From Pirellulales bacterium (GTDB taxonomy: Bacteria; Planctomycetota; Planctomycetia; Pirellulales; JAICIG01): a stretch of 64,000 nucleotides of DNA. The position numbers were made by a program, and so were the translations under genes. The notes under the pieces are model-generated. The model was not told where the DNA came from. It made no database searches and saw nothing but the letters and a program-made list of their open reading frames with translations. Below, in pieces: positions 20,043 to 30,409 of the stretch; positions within the stretch are counted from its first letter, which is position 1; every line of letters starts with the position of its first letter. The stretch is from assembly GCA_040901675.1 (NCBI GenBank), contig JBBDYJ010000013.1:1-64000 (forward strand), given 5' to 3'.

Positions 20043-20918
20043 CTAGTGGAGTTGCTGTTGAATGCGGCGGAGCAGGTCGAACGCACGGTCCAGATCAAAT
20101 CGGCTGAAGTCCTCCTTGCGCAGCACCGGGCGAAGCTGAGCATCAACCTGTCGCCGCAGCACGTCGAGACGGGAAGCTGAAACATCGGGAGCAGCGTTAC
20201 CCGGAACGGCGAGCTTCTGGCTCACGAGTTGCAGAAGACGATCCTCCCCGGGGTCGATGACGCCGTTCATGGCCGCGTAGTCGAGATCGTACAGGTCGCG
20301 GATAGCTGGTATTCGGCGGCAGAGCGCCGCCCGGATTTTTTCAGCGTAGGACTCGCGCTTCGACATCACGGTGACGGGAATGGGATGCAGAGCAGCCTTC
20401 GTCGTAAACGGATTGAAGAGAATGGTCCCGGCCGGCTTCGTCTCAGCCGTTTCGACAACCGGCTCGCGAAGCCCTACTTCAAACCTGATTCTTTCACGGT
20501 CTCCCGACAAAGACGAGGAATACGAAAGGACGGCGGTGTAGTGGCTCGATTGGTTAGCCCCCTTGAACGATTGACTTTGGCTCAGCCATCCAGAAGCCGC
20601 GAGTAACCGCTCCAGGTGCAGTTTGATGGGCTCAATCGCCGCACGCCGCCGGGAACGAACAGCATCCGTCTCGATCGAGACGACAAAGTCGAGATCCTCG
20701 CTTAGGCGGTAGAATCCGGCATGCACCTTGCTGAGCGCTGTTCCGCCTTTGAAAACCAGTCCTACGGCGAAGGCCGAAGTTAACTCGTCGAGCAGGAGCG
20801 AGCAAAAGTAGTCTTTTTCGATGAGCCTTGTGCTGAAACCAGTCCGCGATGCCGAATAAGCTAACGCTTCTCGAAAGCCGTCTTCGTCCTGATCCGGACG
20901 TGGAAGGTTGTCAGGCAT
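20043..20918 (-). CDS. AbiEii/AbiGii nucleotidyltransferase toxin (type IV TA)
   Basis: IEKDY, VFKGGTALSK, YRLSEDLDF, AEKIRA, IRDLYD. Confidence 0.92.
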   Translation of the reverse strand: MPDNLPRPDQDEDGFREALAYSASRTGFSTRLIEKDYFCSLLLDELTSAFAVGLVFKGGTALSKVHAGFYRLSEDLDFVVSIETDAVRSRRRAAIEPIKLHLERLLAASGWLSQSQSFKGANQSSHYTAVLSYSSSLSGDRERIRFEVGLREPVVETAETKPAGTILFNPFTTKAALHPIPVTVMSKRESYAEKIRAALCRRIPAIRDLYDLDYAAMNGVIDPGEDRLLQLVSQKLAVPGNAAPDVSASRLDVLRRQVDAQLRPVLRKEDFSRFDLDRAFDLLRRIQQQLH

Positions 20919-21705
20919 CGTTCAGCAATAACATCCACCGCTTGTCGGTGGTTCCGCGTTTGCGTTGCGTCGGGATCCAAGGGATGAAGCTCGTTGTCGG
21001 ACGTAACGAACGTTCAATCTTCCGCAACAGGGGCCTTGACGCACCGGCAACTTCGAGCACTTTGCCGATCCGTCGAAGCGTTCCCTGATTCCCGTACTTG
21101 AGCGTAACGGATACGAGGTCGGCGGCAATACGGTCGTCGCGTCTCAATTCATCGCGAATCCAATCGAACGCCCGTGGCACTGTGTTGAAGCGCGACCAGT
21201 CGTAGACGGCGTCCATCAAGGCGCGTGCCCTGGACGCATAGAAAAGCGGAATCCCCTCCGGCGTCTCGGCGATGTCGGTGGCGCCGAGACGCTTGTCAGC
21301 AACCTTGACCAACGTGAGTTCGACGGCGCCGATGGATCGCTCGCCGGACATGCGGTTGTTGTACACAAAGACGCTGTTGGATACCTGCTCGTCCCATCCG
21401 TAGCGGGAAAATGCGTTCGGCCCGGAGATCTGATAGCGAGCCTTCTGGTCCGCCATCAAGGTGGCCAACGCCAACGCCTCGCTGGGACTCCACCTGCCGC
21501 CCGGCGGGATTCTTGGAGGGACGAGGTACAAACCCCGCCGCACCCGCGCAATCAGCCCCCGCCGGCTCAGGCGGCTCAGGACCCGTTTTTCCTGCTCGGG
21601 CGCAATGCCGACTGCCGCGGCCAAGTCACCGGTGGCGACAGTGGCCGTCCTGGTGCTTTGGGTGTATCCGAAGAAACGCGTCTCGAGTTGGGTCAAACCA
21701 ACCAT
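20911..21705 (-). CDS. AbiEi-family antitoxin / transcriptional regulator
   Basis: N-terminal wHTH (LSRLSRRGLIARVRRGLYL), RALMDAV; overlaps abiEii by 8 nt. Confidence 0.85.
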   Translation of the reverse strand: MVGLTQLETRFFGYTQSTRTATVATGDLAAAVGIAPEQEKRVLSRLSRRGLIARVRRGLYLVPPRIPPGGRWSPSEALALATLMADQKARYQISGPNAFSRYGWDEQVSNSVFVYNNRMSGERSIGAVELTLVKVADKRLGATDIAETPEGIPLFYASRARALMDAVYDWSRFNTVPRAFDWIRDELRRDDRIAADLVSVTLKYGNQGTLRRIGKVLEVAGASRPLLRKIERSLRPTTSFIPWIPTQRKRGTTDKRWMLLLNDA

Positions 21706-21707
21706 TG

Positions 21708-21762
21708 GTACTCCATTTCATATTAGTATCCAATTATAGCATTTTCGCGAAATGGAATACAA
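21708..21762 (-). promoter_or_regulatory. abiE promoter (TTGTAT-18-TATAAT, extended TG) with 12-bp inverted repeat
   Basis: -10 at 21733-21738, -35 at 21757-21762; GTACTCCATTTC (21708-21719) vs GAAATGGAATAC (21749-21760), 11/12 complementary. Confidence 0.7.
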
Positions 21763-21874
21763 CTCGACTCGTGCTTCATTTTTGCTTCTACGGCGGGCTT
21801 TTGCCCACGGAAGCGCCCCCTTGATGTAACCGATCGACAGCGCCGGCTTCACGCCCCGGGCCGTTGCCGACCGC

Positions 21875-23299
21875 TCAGAAAAGATCGAGGATCGGATCGC
21901 CTTCGGCCAGTAGGCTGTAGGGGCGGCCTTCACGGTCGTGGGCTTCCAGGTCGTGGATGCCCATCGCGTGGTAGACCGTCTTCGTGACGTCCGCCGGAGT
22001 CACCGGATGGTCGGCGGGGAACTCGGCGTAGCGGTCGCTCGACCCGTAAGTGCGCCCACCGCGGATGCCGCCGCCGGCCAACAGCACGCTGAGACAGTGC
22101 GTCCAGTGGTCGCGGCCTGCGCCGGTGGCGCCGCCGGAGCGAGGGTCGCCGATCTTGGGCTTGCGCCCCATCTCACTGGTGATCATGCAAAGCGTCTGCT
22201 CGAGCAGGCCGCGGCCCGACAGGTCTTCGATCAAGGCGGAAAAGCCGCGGTCGAACTCGGGGAGCAGGTCCTCCTTGAGGCAGGCGAAGTTGTTGCCGTG
22301 CGTGTCCCAGCCGCCGCCGCTGAGGCACTTCTTGCCTTGCCGCTCGTCCCCCATCCAGAAGACGGTGATAAACGGCACTTCCGCTTCGACCAGCCGCCGC
22401 GCCGCGAGCAGGCTCATGCCGTTCACCGTCTCGCCGTAGCGCTGGCGGACGGCGGCCGGCTCGCTCGACAGATCGAAGGCCTCGCTCGTCCGCGCCGAGA
22501 GCAGCAGCGAAAATGCCCGCTCCTGCTGCTCGGTCCAGGTGCGCACGGGCGCGTGCTCGTCGAACCCGCGCCGGACGGCGTCGACGCTGCGCAGCAACTG
22601 GTGCCGCTCGGCGAGCTGGACAGCGCTCGTGCCGCCTGCCAGGGCCAAGGCGGGGGCGCGGAACTCCAGCGGCTTTTCCAGGTTGCCGTGAACGTAAAGC
22701 GGATCGTGTTTTACGCCCAGTCGCGCGGCGAACTGCCCGGGCCGCGTGTACGGCGCCTGGCTCGGCTGGTACGGCAGCGTGACGGCGTTGGGCAGGTGCA
22801 GGTTCTGTGGCCGCTTGGCCGCCACCACGGCGCCCATGTAAGGCCAGTCGTCCGGATAGGGCATGCGGTCGTTGCCAAGCGTCAAGAACGACTGGTCGGC
22901 GACATGGCCCGTGAGCTGGTAATAGTAGCCGGCGTGATGGTCGTTGGTGTTCACGGTGCCGCGGACCGAGTTGATCACGGCCAGGTGGTGGGCCTGCCGA
23001 GCCAAGAGCGGCAGGTGCTCGCAAAGCCGCACTCCGGGGGCCGACGTGGCGATCGGCTGAAACGGCCCGCGGTACTCCAGCGGCGCGGAGGGCTTCAGGT
23101 CCCAGGTGTCGATGTGCGAAGCGCCGCCGCAGAGAAAGAAGAGGATCGTCGATTTCGCCGTCGCCCGGCCGCCGACCGGGCCATTGTTGGCCGCCGGAGC
23201 CGGTTTGCCAAAGGCGAGGCCGGCGAACCCAGTGCTGGAGGCGACCAGGAACGTGCGGCGGTCTAGCGGAAACGTCGTGTGCCAGGGCTCGGTGTTCAT
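21875..23299 (-). CDS. DUF1501 domain protein
   Basis: RRTFL, AKSTILFFLCGGASHIDTWDLKP, ARRLVEAEV, WDTH, SEMGRKP, GRDHW. Confidence 0.92.
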   Translation of the reverse strand: MNTEPWHTTFPLDRRTFLVASSTGFAGLAFGKPAPAANNGPVGGRATAKSTILFFLCGGASHIDTWDLKPSAPLEYRGPFQPIATSAPGVRLCEHLPLLARQAHHLAVINSVRGTVNTNDHHAGYYYQLTGHVADQSFLTLGNDRMPYPDDWPYMGAVVAAKRPQNLHLPNAVTLPYQPSQAPYTRPGQFAARLGVKHDPLYVHGNLEKPLEFRAPALALAGGTSAVQLAERHQLLRSVDAVRRGFDEHAPVRTWTEQQERAFSLLLSARTSEAFDLSSEPAAVRQRYGETVNGMSLLAARRLVEAEVPFITVFWMGDERQGKKCLSGGGWDTHGNNFACLKEDLLPEFDRGFSALIEDLSGRGLLEQTLCMITSEMGRKPKIGDPRSGGATGAGRDHWTHCLSVLLAGGGIRGGRTYGSSDRYAEFPADHPVTPADVTKTVYHAMGIHDLEAHDREGRPYSLLAEGDPILDLF

Positions 23300-23514
23300 G
23301 GGCAACTCGACAACGCGGGGCAACAAGCCGGCACAGCCAAGGCGGCCGCGACCGGAAGGTCCGGGCGCTTTGGTTGGTACGCATCAATCCATGCCGATAT
23401 GATACGGCTTGCGCCAGCGGCTTGCAACGCCGCGCGGCTTCTGGGCCGCGGCGGGCGACGCTATATTGCGTAGGTTTCCGAGGCGGCTTTCGTTTTCAAC
23501 CGAGGGACCATCCA

Positions 23515-25125
23515 ATGCCAGACCAGGACCGTGGCGACAAGCGAGCCAACGCTGAGCAGCCGCGCCGATGGCCCGATAAGGTGCTCGACGCGATCGAATG
23601 GGCGGGCAACAAGCTGCCCGATCCGGCCATGCTGTTCGTGTGGGCGCTGCTGGCGACCTGGGCCGCCTCGGCTTTGCTGGCCAACGTCGAGTTCAGCGAG
23701 CTCGATCCGCGCACGGCCGTCGACACGGAGGGTCGGCCGCAAACACCCGAGCCGATCCGCATCCGCAACCAACTGACCGGGCAGGCGTTGATCACGTTTT
23801 TGACGAACATGGTCGACACGTTTGTCAGGTTCCCGCCGCTGGGGGTGGTGCTGGTGGCCCTGCTGGGCGTGGGCGTGGCCGAACATACCGGACTGATCAA
23901 CGCCACCATCCGATGGCTGCTGAGCTTCACGGCCGCCAGGCTGCTCACGCCGATGCTGCTGCTGGTGGCGATTGTGAGCCATTCGGCCGGTGACACCGGC
24001 TACGTGCTGGTGGTCCCGTTGGGAGGCGTGATCTTCGCCGCGGCCGGGAGGCATCCCTTGGCCGGCATCGCGGCAGCCTTTGCCGGGGTTTCGGGCGGCT
24101 TCAGCGCCAACTTTCTGCCCTCGGCCTTGGACGCCCTGCTGCAAGGGTTCACGCAGTCGGCGGCGCGGATTATCGACCCGGCCCGCGACGTGAACGTGCT
24201 GTGCAACTGGGGTTTTACCAGCGTATCGAGCATCTTGATCGTGCTCCTCGGCTGGTACATCACCGACCGGATAATCGAACCGCGGCTGGCGGGCACGCCG
24301 ATCGACGGCGACGGCCACGAGCCCGTGTCCATGGACCCGTTGGCGCCCCTCGAGCGGCGCGGGTTGCTGGCCGCACTCGGCGCGATGCTCATCGGCGTGC
24401 TGCTTTTGGTGGTGATCGCTTGGCCTGAGAGCTCGCCGCTGCGCGACAGCAACGTCCCGAACAAGGGGAGTCTGACCAGCCCGAAGGCGCCGCTGATGCA
24501 CGCCATCGTTCCGCTGATCTTCTTGTTGTTCCTGGTCCCCGGCGTCGTCTACGGCTACGCGGCCAAGACGGTCAAGAGCCATCGCGACATCGTGCAAGGC
24601 ATGAGCAAGGCCATGAGCACGATGGGCTATTACCTCGTGATGGCTTTCTTCGCGGCGCAGTTCACTTACGCGTTCAGGGAATCGAACGTGGGAACATTGA
24701 TTGCCGTCAAGGGCGCCGGCGCGCTCAAGGCCATGAACATGCCGGCCGAGGTGACGATCGTCGGAATCATCCTGCTGACGGCGCTGGTCAACTTGCTGGT
24801 CGGATCGGCCTCGGCCAAGTGGGCCTTGCTGGGACCGATCTTCGTGCCGATGCTGATGGGACTGGGCATCTCGCCGGAGTTGACGCAGGCCGCCTACCGG
24901 GTCGGCGATTCGAGCACCAACATCATCACTCCCTTGATGCCCTATTTCCCGCTGATCGTGGTCTACTGCCAGCAGTACGTAAAGAAGACCGGCATCGGCA
25001 CGCTGATTTCGTTGATGGTGCCTTACTCGGCCACATTCCTCGTGACGTGGATTCTGCTGCTGTTGGGCTACTGGGCGCTTGGCATCCCGCTGGGCTTGCA
25101 GGCGACGTACACGTACGAAGGATAA
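23515..25125 (+). CDS. abgT: AbgT-family transporter
   Basis: IEWAGNKLPDP, GRHPLAGIAAAFAGVSGGFSAN, GSASAKW, YRVGDSSTNIITP. Confidence 0.92.
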   Translation: MPDQDRGDKRANAEQPRRWPDKVLDAIEWAGNKLPDPAMLFVWALLATWAASALLANVEFSELDPRTAVDTEGRPQTPEPIRIRNQLTGQALITFLTNMVDTFVRFPPLGVVLVALLGVGVAEHTGLINATIRWLLSFTAARLLTPMLLLVAIVSHSAGDTGYVLVVPLGGVIFAAAGRHPLAGIAAAFAGVSGGFSANFLPSALDALLQGFTQSAARIIDPARDVNVLCNWGFTSVSSILIVLLGWYITDRIIEPRLAGTPIDGDGHEPVSMDPLAPLERRGLLAALGAMLIGVLLLVVIAWPESSPLRDSNVPNKGSLTSPKAPLMHAIVPLIFLLFLVPGVVYGYAAKTVKSHRDIVQGMSKAMSTMGYYLVMAFFAAQFTYAFRESNVGTLIAVKGAGALKAMNMPAEVTIVGIILLTALVNLLVGSASAKWALLGPIFVPMLMGLGISPELTQAAYRVGDSSTNIITPLMPYFPLIVVYCQQYVKKTGIGTLISLMVPYSATFLVTWILLLLGYWALGIPLGLQATYTYEG

Positions 25126-25594
25126 AGAAGAAAGGCAGAAGGTTGAAGGCAGAAGGCAGAACTGTCGGGTGGCTGGCGGCAAAGCGTTAGCGTGCCCCAG
25201 TCTTCGTCCGTCCGCCCGCGTTCTCCTTGCCGGCTTGCGCGCATGAACCAAGAAAGGTTGGCCAGCCACTCGCGCCTCAAGATGGTCGGGCGTTTCGGCA
25301 GTGCCTGTCTCATCGCCCGAGCGCCCTACGCGGCCGCGTCTTGAACGCTTCAATGGGCACGCTAACGCTTTGCGGCCAGGCACCCGGAGAGAAGGCACAA
25401 GAAGGAAGGATGAAGGCAGAATAGGAACATGAACGAACAAAGACTGGGGCATCCCGGCGGGCTGGGATGGCGGCTACGGCACACGGAGTGTGCCTGCTAC
25501 TATCTGACTTCTGATCTCTGTCCTCTGACTGGGGCACGCTAACGCTTTGCCGCCAGCCACCCGACGCTGACGTCTGACTTCTGTTCCCTGTTCC
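25126..25594. repeat. Composite intergenic repeat cluster: GAAGGCA heptamers, three CTGGGGCAC-family copies and a GTAG-type REP
   Basis: Inverted copy 25167-25212, direct copies near 25355 and 25527; minus-strand GTAGCAGGCACACTCCGTGTGCCGT at 25476-25500. Confidence 0.85.
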
Positions 25595-26902
25595 CTATTC
25601 CGACTTCCCGCTCAGATCCAGGCACTTCAGCGCTCGCTGGTCGCGGACATACAAGAGGCCGCCGGCCAGGGCGGGCAAGGCGTGCGTGTCGGACGACAGT
25701 ACCTGGGCCGTGGCCAGGGGGCGGTAGCCTGCGTCCGTGGCGCGGGCCAGCAGGAGCTGCCCGTCGGTCTTGAGGATGATCAACTTGCCGTCGGCCAGGA
25801 TCAGGCTGGCCTTGCCGTAGTTGTCCTCGGACCAGATCACGCGGCCCTGCGATGGCTCGATGCAACGCAGCGCGGCGGGCGGAACGTCGTGACGGCCGTC
25901 GACGCCGTACAACAGCCCATTCGACCGGACGCAGGTGGTGTATTGGCTCGACATCACGTCGTCGCTCTTCCAGACTGTCTTTGGCTGGGCCTGGCGAACG
26001 TCGGCGTACAGCGCGCCGACGCCGTAGCTGGCCGATACGAAGACGTGGCCGTCGAGCACCAGCGGGTTGGCCGCGTTGACGGTCGGCCCGCGCGCGCCAA
26101 AGCGGATCCGCCAAAGCACGTCGCCCGTTTTCGGATCGATCGAGACGACGTGGTACCGCGTGACAAAGATCGCTTGCCGCCGGCCGCCGATCGTGGCCGC
26201 AATGGGCGACGAGTAGCTGGCCTCCTCGCCGGTCGCTTTCCAAATCGTGTTGCCCGTGTCGAGATCCAATGCCACGATGCCCGCGCCCGCCCGGCCGCCT
26301 CCCAGGTTCACCAGCAGCTTGCCGCCTTCGACGAGGGGCGAGCTGCCGGCGCCAAAAAAACCCTCCTCCGCCGCGCTCACGTAGTCCTTGAAGAGATCGC
26401 GCGACCAGAGCACTTTTCCGTCGTCCAGCCGCACGCAGTGCAGCCCGCGCCGCGCGCCGTAAAGATAGACCCGCCCGCCGTGGATCAACGGCACGCACCG
26501 CGGACCATCGTCGGCCGTGTAGGTCGGGACATAGCGAGTGGGGAAGCGAGCCGTCCAGATCACCTGGCCGGTGCTCGGGTCCATCGCCTCGGCCAGCTCT
26601 TCATCGCCGATGCGATGGAACAACAGGGCCTTCCCGCCGGCCACCGCCATACCAGCCAGCCCGGAGCCTACCTCGCGCTGCCACTTGACGGGTGGACCAT
26701 CGGCCGGCCCGCCCTGAGCCCGCCGAACAGGCCACCGCTCGGCAATCCTTTCGTCCTGGGCAATCCCATTGCGGTCAGGTCCCAGGATCTGCGGCCATTC
26801 ACCGGCGGCGGCCAAGGCCGGCGCCAGTCCGATAGCACCAAACAAGCAGGCCAGCGACGCCAGCCGGCATGCCGGACTGCGCAACAGCAGGAAGGGCTTC
26901 AT
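25595..26902 (-). CDS. PQQ-binding-like beta-propeller (BamB-like) secreted protein
   Basis: Signal peptide, EWPQILGPDRNG, repeated G..LW motifs, SYSSP, GLLYVRD. Confidence 0.88.
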   Translation of the reverse strand: MKPFLLLRSPACRLASLACLFGAIGLAPALAAAGEWPQILGPDRNGIAQDERIAERWPVRRAQGGPADGPPVKWQREVGSGLAGMAVAGGKALLFHRIGDEELAEAMDPSTGQVIWTARFPTRYVPTYTADDGPRCVPLIHGGRVYLYGARRGLHCVRLDDGKVLWSRDLFKDYVSAAEEGFFGAGSSPLVEGGKLLVNLGGGRAGAGIVALDLDTGNTIWKATGEEASYSSPIAATIGGRRQAIFVTRYHVVSIDPKTGDVLWRIRFGARGPTVNAANPLVLDGHVFVSASYGVGALYADVRQAQPKTVWKSDDVMSSQYTTCVRSNGLLYGVDGRHDVPPAALRCIEPSQGRVIWSEDNYGKASLILADGKLIILKTDGQLLLARATDAGYRPLATAQVLSSDTHALPALAGGLLYVRDQRALKCLDLSGKSE

Positions 26903-26952
26903 TCGTTTCCTTCGGGAGATCTTTTTGGCAACGCGCTGCCGCGAGACAGCTC

Positions 26953-28227
26953 TTACTCGGGGGCTGGAATCAGGCGCACCTCGTGCGGCTGAATTTCGAG
27001 GGCTTTGCGGATGGCCGCGTCGAGTTCGGGCAGCCTGGCCATCCGCTCGGTGACGGCGGCGAGGCGCTTGCTCTCGATCTCTTGAGGCGCCAGATCGAGT
27101 CCCAGGAAATCGGGAATGTGGACCGGCGCCAGCACGACGGCGCGGAAGACGCGGTCGTGGTAATGGGCGTTCTTGGCCTTCACCGCGTCCCAGACCGCCT
27201 GGACCTGCTCGGCCACCGGCCCGTCCATCAGCGCGGCTTGCGTCAGGTTCACGCCCTCGGCCAGCTCCGAGGCGGAATGGGCGCCCACCTTTTTCCCGCC
27301 GAGCAGGACAAAATAGCGACCTGTTTCAAGACCCGTGACCTGGAGCAGGTACTGGTTCAGGTCGTCGCGGACGCTTACCCATTGGTTGATGGCTTCGGCC
27401 TCGACGGGAAAGAATGGCAGCGCCGCGTCGTGCCTTTGGAAGCGGATCTCGCCGTCGGCGACACTCAGATCCGTCACTTCGCAGTTCTCCGCGGCGAGCA
27501 GCTTGCCGGAGGCATCGATCGAGACCTTGGAGACCAGGCTAGGGAAGTTCAGGCCCTTGAGAATGGCCCAGGCCATCAAGGCCTGCCCCGGAGCGCCGGG
27601 ATGCACCGGATCGCCGCCGCCGATGCGGTTCTTGGGATCGGCGGCCCGGGCCTGGTCCTGCGCAGTCAGGAAGGGATGGAACTGGTCGACGAACGCGCCG
27701 CCGTTGGTCATGGCGATCCGCGACACTCCGGCCGAGTAGCGCTGGAGCGTCTCGTTGTAGCCGGTCAAGGCCGGCCCGTCCTCGTTCTTTTCAACGGGGC
27801 TGCACGTCAGCCAGGCCACGCGGATGTTGGCCGCCTTGGCCTGGTCGGCGATGCCTTGCAGGCCGTCCATGTAGGTCTTGAAGCCGGCCTCGTCGAAGGC
27901 CCGGTAGCTGCCGTCGTTCATGCCGAAGTTGACGGTCATGGCGGTCGGCTTATGAATCAGCACGTCGCGCGCGAACCGGTTGTTGCCTCCGGGCGAGCGG
28001 TCGCCGCCGATGCCCACGTTGCGGAACACCAGGCGCCGGTCGGGAAAGCGGCTGATGGTCCACATCTCCACGTAGTTGCTGTAGAGGTGCTGCTCGGTGA
28101 TGCTATCGCCGATCATCACCACCGTGTCGCCATCCTTGAAGAAGAACTCATCGGCGATGGCGGCCGGCAGCCAAGAGGCGATGGCGACAACGAACAGGGC
28201 AAAGCAAACAAGTCGGCGTCGGCTCAT
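26953..28227 (-). CDS. SGNH/GDSL hydrolase, secreted
   Basis: GDSIT, RNVGIGG, FGMND, DPVHP. Confidence 0.9.
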   Translation of the reverse strand: MSRRRLVCFALFVVAIASWLPAAIADEFFFKDGDTVVMIGDSITEQHLYSNYVEMWTISRFPDRRLVFRNVGIGGDRSPGGNNRFARDVLIHKPTAMTVNFGMNDGSYRAFDEAGFKTYMDGLQGIADQAKAANIRVAWLTCSPVEKNEDGPALTGYNETLQRYSAGVSRIAMTNGGAFVDQFHPFLTAQDQARAADPKNRIGGGDPVHPGAPGQALMAWAILKGLNFPSLVSKVSIDASGKLLAAENCEVTDLSVADGEIRFQRHDAALPFFPVEAEAINQWVSVRDDLNQYLLQVTGLETGRYFVLLGGKKVGAHSASELAEGVNLTQAALMDGPVAEQVQAVWDAVKAKNAHYHDRVFRAVVLAPVHIPDFLGLDLAPQEIESKRLAAVTERMARLPELDAAIRKALEIQPHEVRLIPAPE

Positions 28228-28471
28228 GGTGATGATCCTGGCGGGGGAGAATCCGGGCGGCAATGCCACTATCCATAGCACGGCCGGGGGGCGTTGGCCA
28301 GCCGTCGCCCCCGCCGCGGCCGATTTTTGCGAGGGCCGCGGCCGGTAGCCCGATGGGATCGCCGCGGATGGCGGCTGCGCCGTTGTTCCGCGGGCAAAGG
28401 GCTCTTACAATGCGGCCGATTGATGCGGACACGACGGCCGGACGACGAACCCCTTGCCAGACGAGTTCTTC

Positions 28472-29158
28472 ATGCCTTCCAGCCGGGCCAGCACGATTCC
28501 CTTGGGGGTCAAGGTCGTCTACACGGCCTTCCTGTGCGTGCTGGTGCCCTATTACTGGAAAACGTACGGACCGGCGAACTTCCTCTGGTTCTGCGACGTG
28601 GCACTGCTCGTCACGCTGGCGGCACTCTGGCTGGAGAGCAGCTTGCTGGCCAGCATGCAGGCCGTGGCGATCGTGGTCCCGCAAATGCTCTGGGTGCTCG
28701 ACTTCGGGCTGCAGTTGTTTACGGGCCGCAAGTTCTTCGGGCTGGCCGAGTACATGTTCGATTCCGGCATCCCGCTGTTCGTGCGGGGGCTGTCATCGTT
28801 TCACGGTTGGCTGCCGTTTTTGCTGGTGTGGCTGGTGTGGCGGTTGGGGTACGACCGGCGGGCCTGGATCGTGCAGACGGTCGCCGCCTGGCTGCTGCTG
28901 CCGGCCTCGTTTCTTCTCACCGACCCGCCGCCTCCGCCGCCGGAAAACCCGGCCGCGGCAGTGAACGTCAATTGGGTTTATGGTCCCGGCAAGACGGCGG
29001 TGCAAACCTGGATGGCGCCCGAGTTGTTCGTGGGCGTGCTGATGATCGGCTTTCCGATCATCATTTACTTTCCCAGCCACCTGGCCTTCAACGCCTTGTT
29101 CGGGAAGCGGGGCGAAAGCGTCGTACCCGTGATGCCCCGATCAAGCGAAGTCGAGTGA
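28472..29158 (+). CDS. Conserved-looking hypothetical membrane protein
   Basis: About 6 TM segments; NFLWFCD, SSFHGW, NVNWVYG. Confidence 0.75.
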   Translation: MPSSRASTIPLGVKVVYTAFLCVLVPYYWKTYGPANFLWFCDVALLVTLAALWLESSLLASMQAVAIVVPQMLWVLDFGLQLFTGRKFFGLAEYMFDSGIPLFVRGLSSFHGWLPFLLVWLVWRLGYDRRAWIVQTVAAWLLLPASFLLTDPPPPPPENPAAAVNVNWVYGPGKTAVQTWMAPELFVGVLMIGFPIIIYFPSHLAFNALFGKRGESVVPVMPRSSEVE

Positions 29159-29161
29159 ACC

Positions 29162-30298
29162 ATGGTTCGCCGCGTGCTCGTGTTGTCGGCCTCGGTGGGA
29201 GCAGGGCACCTGCGGGCGGCGCAGGCGGTCGAGCTGGCCCTCAAGGAGTTCGACCCCTCGGCCGAAGTCAAGAACCTCGACGTGCTGGAGTTGACCAACG
29301 CCACTTTTCGCCGCTTGTACGGCAGCGCGTACCTCGACCTGGTGAACCAGGCCCCGCACGTGCTGGGCTACTTTTACGACCTGATGGACCGGCCGCCGTC
29401 GCCGCGGCACAAGAGCGATAAGCTCCGCCTGCTGGTCGAGAAGCTGAACCTGCGGCGGTTCGTGCAGTTTCTCCAGGACGAGCCGTGGGACGTGATCGTC
29501 AACACGCATTTCCTGCCGGCCGAGATCATCGCCTCCTTGCGGCGCAATGGCGAGTTTCACTCGCCGCATTTCACCGTCACCACCGATTTCGAGACGCACC
29601 GGCTGTGGGTCAACCAGCCCTGCGATCATTACTTCACGGCCACGGACGAAGGTGCCGCCTACCTCCAGCACTGGGGAGTGCCGGCCGGCGCGGTGAGCGT
29701 GACCGGCATTCCCATCCATCCGGTGTTCAGCCGGGAGAAGCCGCGCGGCGAGTGCCTGGCGCGGCAAGGCCTGCTGGGCGACCGGCCGATCGTCGTGCAG
29801 TTGGCCGGCGGCTTCGGCGTCGGCCCGATCGAGAAGATCTACCAGGCGGTGCTCAGCATTGACTTGCCGCTGGAAGTCGCGGTGGTCGCCGGCCGCAATG
29901 TAGAAGCCCGCGAGCGGCTGGAGCGCGTGCCCGTGCCGGCTCGCCACCGCGCGAAGATCATCGGCTTTACCGACCAGATCGACGAGCTGATGGCAGTGGC
30001 CGACGTGGTGGTTTCGAAGCCGGGCGGCCTGACCACCTCGGAGGTGCTGGCCCGCGGGGCCGCCATGGCCATCGTCAACCCGATCCCCGGCCAGGAGAGC
30101 CGCAACAGCGATTGCCTGCTGGAGCACGGCGCGGCGATCAAGATCAACAACATCGGCACGTTGCCGCACAAGCTCTCGCGGCTGCTGGCGGACCCCGATC
30201 GGTTGGCCACGTTGCGTGCCAACGCCCGCCGCATGGCGCGGCCTCAGGCCGCCTACGACGTCGCCCGCTTCGCGCTCGGCTGGCGAGGAGGCGGGTGA
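29162..30298 (+). CDS. MGDG synthase / UgtP-like diacylglycerol glycosyltransferase (GT28)
   Basis: SASVGAGHLRAA, NTHFLP, VTTDF, TGIPI, SKPGGLT, PIPGQE. Confidence 0.9.
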   Translation: MVRRVLVLSASVGAGHLRAAQAVELALKEFDPSAEVKNLDVLELTNATFRRLYGSAYLDLVNQAPHVLGYFYDLMDRPPSPRHKSDKLRLLVEKLNLRRFVQFLQDEPWDVIVNTHFLPAEIIASLRRNGEFHSPHFTVTTDFETHRLWVNQPCDHYFTATDEGAAYLQHWGVPAGAVSVTGIPIHPVFSREKPRGECLARQGLLGDRPIVVQLAGGFGVGPIEKIYQAVLSIDLPLEVAVVAGRNVEARERLERVPVPARHRAKIIGFTDQIDELMAVADVVVSKPGGLTTSEVLARGAAMAIVNPIPGQESRNSDCLLEHGAAIKINNIGTLPHKLSRLLADPDRLATLRANARRMARPQAAYDVARFALGWRGGG

Positions 30299-30409
30299 CA
30301 GAGGAAGGCAGAAGGAGGAAGGAGGAAGGCAGAAGGAGAAAGGACGGGGCGGATCCGGTAATCTAAGCTCCAAGTACCAAGCTCGAAGCTCCAAGATCGA
30401 GGTGTATCT

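Noticed and set aside
25126..25594. CRISPR array
   Set aside because: Repeats are in mixed orientation with irregular spacing, recur across the window, and no cas genes are present
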